Source: an uncultured Hormoscilla sp.
GTDB lineage: Bacteria; Cyanobacteriota; Cyanobacteriia; Cyanobacteriales; Desertifilaceae
Length of the DNA: 64,000 nucleotides
NCBI GenBank assembly: GCA_963921275.4
Contig: OZ001293.3
Span: 544,001 to 608,000 of the forward strand
Direction: 5' to 3'
A model generated the notes under the pieces. The model worked only from the letters and a program-made list of their open reading frames with translations, ran no database searches and was not told where the DNA came from. Positions 57,313-64,000 of the stretch are shown here, in pieces; position 1 is the first letter of the stretch, and each line of letters opens with the position of its first letter. Made by a program: the position numbers and the translations under genes.

Positions 57313-57409
57313 GAGCTTAATGCTGAGTGTGGTAGATATAATAGTACGTCAGAGCAGAGCACAAACATAATGTAGCTCAAGTTTAGCCATAATTGATAAA
57401 TCAATAATA

Positions 57410-58339
57410 ATGCGCTATACTATTGAGAGTCGATTTCAAGGAACCTTCCTAGGGGCAGCTGTCGGAGAGATGTTGAGCAACTTCTACACTGGCCGCTCTT
57501 GGCACCAGGTCAGTCTCAACTGGTGGGATTTAAATATCGATGAAGGCCAACAAGACCAGTTGTTACCTGGATGGGGAAGCCAGGCTGTGAGTGGGTGCAA
57601 AAGCTTGATTGCCTATGGTCGGGTAGAGGGAAATAAGGTGGTGGATAATGAAGCTACGGCCAATGTTCTACCAGTCGCCCTATTTTTTCACGAAGATGCC
57701 GCCAAACTGCGCCGGAGGCTCAATCAACTTGCGGCCAGCAGTAAAGAGACAAAAGATGGCTCACTGGCAATTGGCTATTGCTTATTGCAAATAGCCCAAG
57801 AAAAGCTCGACCCCTCTACGATCGTTCCTCAAATCATAGCTTATCTCCAGTCGGACGGGGCGATCGCCTCATCACTGGCGCAAGTGCAAACCTTGCTAGA
57901 GATGGGGGCTAGTCTAGAAACAACCAGTTATATGCTCTCAAATAGTATCGGACTAGCGTTATACTGCTTTCTGAGTACTCCAGAAGATTTTCGTCTCTCC
58001 GTTATGCGAGCCTTGAGGATTGCTAGAGTCCAACCACAACTGGTCGCATCTCTGACTGGGGCAATGTCAGGAGCCTATAATAGTCTTGCGGGTATCCCAG
58101 TCTCATGGCGCATCGCTATAAAACGCCCTCTGACTGCTGAGAAGTTCCTTCTTCCTTGCTGGGGCGTCACCTCAGCTGCGGAAATTGTCCAACTAGCTAC
58201 TAACTTATTCGCAGCTTGGTCAGGTGCCTTATTGCCAACCCATCTGAGCACTAAATCACCTCAAAAATATGCTGTTGCTGCACCTCAGGTAATGCGCCCT
58301 CACGGCTCGACGGACCAGATAAGTAGTATAACCTCCTAG
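57410..58339 (+). CDS. ADP-ribosylglycohydrolase family protein (catalytic acidic residues look degenerate)
   Basis: SRFQGTFLGAAVGE, ALYCFL and GAMSGAYN..GIP..W. Confidence 0.75.
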   Translation: MRYTIESRFQGTFLGAAVGEMLSNFYTGRSWHQVSLNWWDLNIDEGQQDQLLPGWGSQAVSGCKSLIAYGRVEGNKVVDNEATANVLPVALFFHEDAAKLRRRLNQLAASSKETKDGSLAIGYCLLQIAQEKLDPSTIVPQIIAYLQSDGAIASSLAQVQTLLEMGASLETTSYMLSNSIGLALYCFLSTPEDFRLSVMRALRIARVQPQLVASLTGAMSGAYNSLAGIPVSWRIAIKRPLTAEKFLLPCWGVTSAAEIVQLATNLFAAWSGALLPTHLSTKSPQKYAVAAPQVMRPHGSTDQISSITS

Positions 58340-58732
58340 GAGGTCAACTCTCAAGATATGTTAGGTTAGAGGAAATGCTCAATCCCCGATAGCCACGATC
58401 AGCCTAAAATAGGAGAAGGGCCAGGGCAGACCAAAGGCATCATCGTTCATCATAGTGAGGGGTCAGATACTATGTAAATTGACGCGCTAGCATTAGTCAT
58501 TGTTAAGTAAAAGGAGGATTGGGTAAATGGCAAGAAATGACAATCAGTAGCTCCTCTCTCGGCTCAGGGCGGTCAGCTATGATAAAAAGTTGATACATGT
58601 GGTATTTGCTGTTGCGCAGTAGCTCACCAAATCTCAAAGCTCAAATCCTTCGAACGGCAAAGGATATCCCGGAGGCGTAGTCAGGAAGGTTTGATGGTGA
58701 AAAATGCTAAAATAAAGGGTTGCGGCTGTTAA

Positions 58733-61276
58733 ATGGGTGCTAAAATGAAAACAATTCAGGATTTGACACGCCAGGTAGATCGGTGGTGGCGAGTGTACTT
58801 CACGGAAGCCCCGCGATCGCGCCAACCAGTGCGAAATAAGCTGTGCTCTAAGAAGAGTAAAGTGCCAGGGACTGGAAAAGAAAACAAAAAACAAACCAGA
58901 AGCAAAAAAAAAGCCCATCCAGGGGCAGTATTGGTGCTAGCAGTGGTGTCGCTGACGAGTACAATAGGCTACCGCTTATACAACGCCCCGAAACTATCGT
59001 CGGAAACGATCGCCCCAGAGACGATATCGGCTCCCTACACGGCGGAGATACCCGATCGCCAAGCTACGGAAGCAAAGCGCCAGCGAGAGCGTACAGGTGC
59101 CATCCCGGTCTTGATGATCGATGAAGTGGTAAATAAACAGGTTTACCAGAAGGTAGAGGAAATTCTGGACCAGGGAAATGAACTGCGACGGCAGGCAGGT
59201 GAATTTCCCTTCGTGGGGCCAGAGTTGCTCTCGTTCGACACCCAGCAGCACCTTCGTCAAGCCCAGGAGTGGGAGTGGCGTATGGTACTGCAAGGGGTAA
59301 ATAAAGCCCCGACAGAAGAGGAATCGCAAGAGTCGGCGACCTTGTCCCCAGAGGCAGTAGCAGCTAATAATAGCCAAGCAGCAACAGATGAGAAAATATC
59401 ACGCACAGAGCAAGATCAAGCGATATTTGAACTGCGATCGATCGAGCAGTCGGAAAAGTCGGAAAAGTTAAAAGCATTGCTTGACCAGATAGCCCAAGTG
59501 CGTCAGGGTTACGCGCAAGCATTAAACGAGATTAAAGCGCTCCAGGTAAAAGATCGAGCAACAATATACGATGTTAAACTGCTGGAGATGTCCGATGCAA
59601 CTTGGGACCAAACAGTTAAAGGCATCCAGGAAAGCACAAGGAGGATGATGGCGCAAGGGATCCCCAGAGGATTGTCCGATAATCTGCTCAGAAAGGCGAT
59701 CGCGTTACATGTGTCCGGTTCAGTGCCAGAGTCCACAGCAGCTTTGGCGATGAAACTGCTGCCGAGGGTGCTAAAAGCAAATCTGATTGAAGATGCTGAA
59801 AAAACCAGGCTACAAGCAGAACATGCAGCTTTATCTGTCGAAACAGTGGTGATATCAGTCCTGGAAGGTGAGGTGATTGTGGAGGCGGGCGATCGCATCA
59901 CCAGACCAGAATTTGTGGCGATCGATTATTTTGGCTTGTCTCAGCGGCAGGTAAACTGGAAAGGGTTGCTGGGGTTTGGCATGCTGGTAAGTGGGGCGAT
60001 CGGGGTATTTTGGGTGATGGAACGAAAGTTTCACCCGGGAATGCGCCAGCGAGACCAGCTATTAGTGTTGTTACTGACTCTGACTGCGCCATTGCTGGTA
60101 GTTTTAAATTTGAATGCTGCTAGCTTGCCAGTAATAGGGCTGTTGATGGGCAGTTTTTATGGTTCAGCCCTGGGGGTGACAGTAGTCGGACTGCTGAGTT
60201 TTGTATTGCCGATCGGCATGGAAATAATTAGCCTGAGTGATTGGCTAGCGAGTGTCGCCGGGGGGATACTGGGGGGTTTGATGGCCGGGAGAATGCGATC
60301 GCGAGAGGAATTTGCACTGTTAGGGGTAGCAGTGGGATTGACTCAGGGAGTTGTCTATCTGACGGTCACCCTCATTATCAGCGCCGCAGCTTCTGTAGTC
60401 TGGCCGCCGTTGCTAGTTGCTGCTGGGATCCGCAGTCTGGGAGGCTTAGCCTGTAGCATTATCGCACTGGGTTTGAGTCCTTATTTGGAACATGTGTTCG
60501 ATTTAGTTACCCCGGTGCGTTTGGCAGAGTTAGCGAATCCGAACCGCCCCTTGTTGCAGCGCCTGGCCTCGGAAGCCCCAGGAACATTTCAACACACCAT
60601 GTTTGTGGCGACTCTGGCGGAAGCAGCAGCCCGAGTTTTGGGTTGCAATGTGGAATTAGTGCGGGCGGGGACTTTGTATCATGATATCGGCAAGATGCAC
60701 GACCCGTTGGGGTTCATTGAAAATCAAATGGGCGGTCCGAATAAGCATGATGAGATTAAAGACCCCTGGAAGAGTGTAGAGATTATCAAAAAGCATGTCA
60801 GTGAAGGATTGGTAATGGCTCGCAAGTATCGGTTGCCTAAGTCCATTGAGGGGTTTATTCCAGAACATCAGGGAACGATGCTGATTGCCTATTTCTACTA
60901 TCAGGCGAAGCAGATGGCAGAAATTGACCCTAGTATAGTGGTGCGGGAGTCGGATTTCCGCTACGATGGTCCGATTTCCCAGTCCCGAGAAACGGGGATT
61001 TTGATGCTGGCTGATTCCTGTGAGGCCGCCCTGCGATCACTCAAGGATGCGACCTATCAGGAGGCGCTGGGAATGGTGAATAAAATCCTCAAAGCGCGTT
61101 GGCAAGACAATCAGTTGGTAGATTCAGGGTTAAAGCGAGAGGAAATGCCGATAATTGCGGATATTTTCGTGCGGGTCTGGGAACAGTTCAATCACAAACG
61201 CATTGCCTATCCGAAAGGGGCACTAAATTCTTCCCTCTCTAAAGAGAAGAACCGCGAACCTGTCTGTTCTAAGTAA
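58733..61276 (+). CDS. 7TM-HD/HDIG phosphohydrolase (PgpH-like)
   Basis: EAPGTFQH, YHDIGK, FIENQ, EHQGT and MLADSCEAA; TM block. Confidence 0.9.
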   Translation: MGAKMKTIQDLTRQVDRWWRVYFTEAPRSRQPVRNKLCSKKSKVPGTGKENKKQTRSKKKAHPGAVLVLAVVSLTSTIGYRLYNAPKLSSETIAPETISAPYTAEIPDRQATEAKRQRERTGAIPVLMIDEVVNKQVYQKVEEILDQGNELRRQAGEFPFVGPELLSFDTQQHLRQAQEWEWRMVLQGVNKAPTEEESQESATLSPEAVAANNSQAATDEKISRTEQDQAIFELRSIEQSEKSEKLKALLDQIAQVRQGYAQALNEIKALQVKDRATIYDVKLLEMSDATWDQTVKGIQESTRRMMAQGIPRGLSDNLLRKAIALHVSGSVPESTAALAMKLLPRVLKANLIEDAEKTRLQAEHAALSVETVVISVLEGEVIVEAGDRITRPEFVAIDYFGLSQRQVNWKGLLGFGMLVSGAIGVFWVMERKFHPGMRQRDQLLVLLLTLTAPLLVVLNLNAASLPVIGLLMGSFYGSALGVTVVGLLSFVLPIGMEIISLSDWLASVAGGILGGLMAGRMRSREEFALLGVAVGLTQGVVYLTVTLIISAAASVVWPPLLVAAGIRSLGGLACSIIALGLSPYLEHVFDLVTPVRLAELANPNRPLLQRLASEAPGTFQHTMFVATLAEAAARVLGCNVELVRAGTLYHDIGKMHDPLGFIENQMGGPNKHDEIKDPWKSVEIIKKHVSEGLVMARKYRLPKSIEGFIPEHQGTMLIAYFYYQAKQMAEIDPSIVVRESDFRYDGPISQSRETGILMLADSCEAALRSLKDATYQEALGMVNKILKARWQDNQLVDSGLKREEMPIIADIFVRVWEQFNHKRIAYPKGALNSSLSKEKNREPVCSK

Positions 61277-61657
61277 GGGTTCGTAATAAGCACGAAGCGT
61301 GCTTCCCAGGCGCGAAAGCGCCTATAATATCGGTCAAGTATTCTGAGAAACCGGGTTTCTACTTAGCTTTTCAACGATATATAAATGTTAGTTCTAGTGA
61401 CCAGGGTCTCCCTGGTCACTCCCGGTTGAGGCTCTTCCGGTGTCTCCCGGGAGCGCTACTCGCACTACCCGGGAGACACCGGCTCCTGGCCTACCGTTCC
61501 GGAAAAATCGGAGGGCGACTGTTTTTCCGCACTCACGAGAGTAATTACCGAGGCTGCTTTTCTCATTCACAGGAGGCAGCCGCTTCCCAGGACTGAGTAT
61601 TCCCAGGGAGACCCTGGGAACGAGGGTAACGAGGGTATGGTTCTACAGCGACCAAGC

Positions 61658-62070
61658 TCTAGTAGACCTTAATCATTAAAAACAGGATAAAGGCGTTTAA
61701 GTTTGGTTCTAGCAGAGCGCGGTGGTGAAGTGCCAAGAGATAGTTTTTCTTGTGGCGTTTCGTGCTCGTATTCCAGGCCGTCAGTTCGGATTGAAGAGTG
61801 GGAAGGTCCTCTATTCGCTGCGCGAGGCACTGGCCTGTAAGTGCGGCGAGTTCAATTTCGGCTATATTGAGCCAGGAACCCTGTTTGGGCGTATGATCGA
61901 TTTCCAGGCGGTTTACTCATACGTCTAGCTTCCTGTGGTGGAAAGGTTTTGTCCGTTCGTATTTCTCCGTTCGTATTTCTCTTCCAGAGAGCTTCAAATT
62001 ACCACATAGCAAGGGTTATAGCGTTGTTGGCTAAAATTTCAAATCTAAAAATAATTATGCCCTGCTGCTT
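61658..62070. mobile_element. IS remnant(s)
   Basis: Left part matches 5677-5780; 61986-62070 matches 33128-33212. Confidence 0.55.
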
Positions 62071-62289
62071 ATAGTGGTTTTCATCTGAGTGGAGTACATC
62101 TATATATTATTCACCGGTGAGCTAATGAGCTAATGTGCCTCTGTACCTCATCGAAATGTCAACCGTCTCATGTCAAGCACAATAAAGCAATACCAGCTGC
62201 TATCCTCATCACTGGTCTCGGTCCAAGTTGTCGATAAGTTGTCGGAGAGAGGAAACCCGAACTGCGCGTTCCCAAGGCTACAGCGGGTA

Positions 62290-62388
62290 AGGAATGAGGA
62301 TTTAATAACCTGTCAAATTCCTCTAAAATGATCCTGTGACAAAACTTTATGGCTTCTCGGATGAGCATCTTGTTTAATCCTCGTTCCC
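62290..62388. mobile_element. 99-bp MITE
   Basis: TIR AGGAATGAGGATT/AATCCTCGTTCCC; absent from the homologous site at ~27567. Confidence 0.7.
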
Positions 62389-62526
62389 AAATGTTTAACT
62401 TTTTTTCTCTTAAATATATTGTAGCAACATACACTAAATTGTTGTCATAAAAATTTACATAAATTTAAGAAATATTACATAATTATCTATTATAGAATGT
62501 TAGCTAAAGCATAAATCAGCCTGATA

Positions 62527-63995
62527 TTATGTCCAGTCACCGAGCGCCCGAACGAACGCCTGTTGGGGCCGCACCCAGAGGACAGTCTCTTGCTTGTAGA
62601 TGACCATACCAGGTTTGGCGCCCTTGGGTTTATAAACATGCTTGGGGGCTGTGTACACCACCGGCACCCGATCGCTCTGGCGTCCCTGACTATAATACCC
62701 TGCCAGGTCGGCGGCAAATTGCAAATCCACGTCATCGGGTAGTTTACCAGGTTGTAACCGCATGAGCACGTGACTACCAGGAATTTCTTGGGTGTGAAAC
62801 CAGAGGTCATAGTCATTGGCGATCCGAAAAGAGATCTGGTCATTCTGCCGGTTGTTGCGACCGATTAACAGTTCAAAACCGCTGGGTGTCTGGAAACGAT
62901 AAGGAACAGAAGTATCAGTATGGCGTCGATGCCTGAGCGATGCCCGAGGGGTAGTGCGACTAGCGCTCCCCTCGGGCATCGTAGGTTTTTGCGTTAGCGC
63001 AGCGGCTGCGCAGCCGCTAGCATCCCGAAGGCATCGAAGGCGGGGCTGTTCGGACTTGTCCAAATATCCCTGATCGATTAACTCTTCGCGAATTTCTGCT
63101 AGAGTTTGTAAATCTTCCTTGGCCTCGTAGCTATCCAGTTGCCAGACGGTAGCTTTCACCAGTTCGAGATACTCAATTTCTACCTTCACTTGGTTGAATA
63201 ATGGTTCAACTGCACTGCGGGCCCGTTTCAGCTTCTGGTGACGCTTGTAAAGGGATTGAGCATTTTGGATAGCATTCTTTTTGGGATCTAGGGGAATGGT
63301 AATGGGTACATTTGTTTGGAAGTCGCACAGGGAAATGGATGTCATTCCCGGTTGCCATTCTTGCAAGTAGGCCATCAGCAAGTCAGCCTGTTGACGATGC
63401 TCGTCGGCGGAGTCCGATTGCTGTAACCGTTCCCAGAATGTCAGGGCTTTTTGACCCTGCTTTTCTAAGAGGCGATCGAGTTTTTGCAGGAGTTGATGGC
63501 GGAGTTGGGTGAATTCCTGGCGGTTCAACTGGCTGGTATAGTAGCGATCGAGCAATTCATGGGTAGAAGGGACTGGTGCCGTTGCGCCCCAACCCATGAT
63601 AGTATATCCCTCTTTTGTCCAGCCCGGATGAAATTGCGCTGTTTCTAGGGCCTGCAACCAGAATTGCCAGCATTTCCACAATTGCTGCCACTCTACATCT
63701 GTGAGAGTATCGGTAGGTTGATTTGGCTCTAACCCCGCTGCTGCGACCATTGATTTTACCAGGGTTGGACTCAGTCCGCGATAGCATTTGAGCAGTTGAC
63801 GCCACAACTGTCCGGGAACTAATCCCACTCGCTCTTGCCAGTGTTGGGGAGATTCGCTTAAATTGGGAATAGGATTAGTCAGGGCTGGTGGCAGTGAGTA
63901 GGGCTGACCGGTGAGAATGGGACGGACGCTGGATTTTTCTTCGCTTACCTGGTGGGCGGCTGTGACGATCTGGTTCTGCTGATTGGTTAAAATTA
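62527..63995 (-). pseudogene. rqcH: Second, inverted rqcH copy; identity to copy 1 breaks at 63996
   Basis: Reverse complement of 25849-27270 with about 2 substitutions seen; last 5 nt of the window (ACCTA) differ from the expected CGTTA. Confidence 0.75.
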
Positions 63996-64000
63996 ACCTA

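Overview
This is a cyanobacterial chromosome segment, judged from the abundant HIP1 octamer GCGATCGC, heptamer STRR-type repeats and typical cyanobacterial gene content; a filamentous Oscillatoriales-like taxon is likely but is inference only. Intact housekeeping genes (yebC, ubiH-like, lptA/lptB/lptF-G, two dihydroorotases, pyrE, lepB, gpsA, a type II peroxiredoxin, pirA, rqcH, 7TM-HD) are mixed with roughly 15 pseudogenes and IS remnants. The window carries a dense layer of small mobile DNA. (1) Five ORF-less group II introns include a twintron inside a CAP-domain gene; its 869-nt inner intron has a near-identical second copy inserted antisense 6 kb away. (2) A family of 39/42-bp hairpin mini-elements has covarying stems and fixed loops, sits at CG dinucleotides in every copy I could delimit, usually keeps the reading frame, and nests up to three elements in one insert. 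(3) There are 22-24-nt SDR-like inserts at HIP1-like sites and several MITEs with TIRs and target duplications. Other notable features are an inverted near-identical rqcH duplicate, a kinase-WD40 gene with 12 homogenised repeats and hypervariable codons, and adjacent secreted proteins with cohesin-like and dockerin-like modules. All calls are from reading the sequence; no database searches were run.
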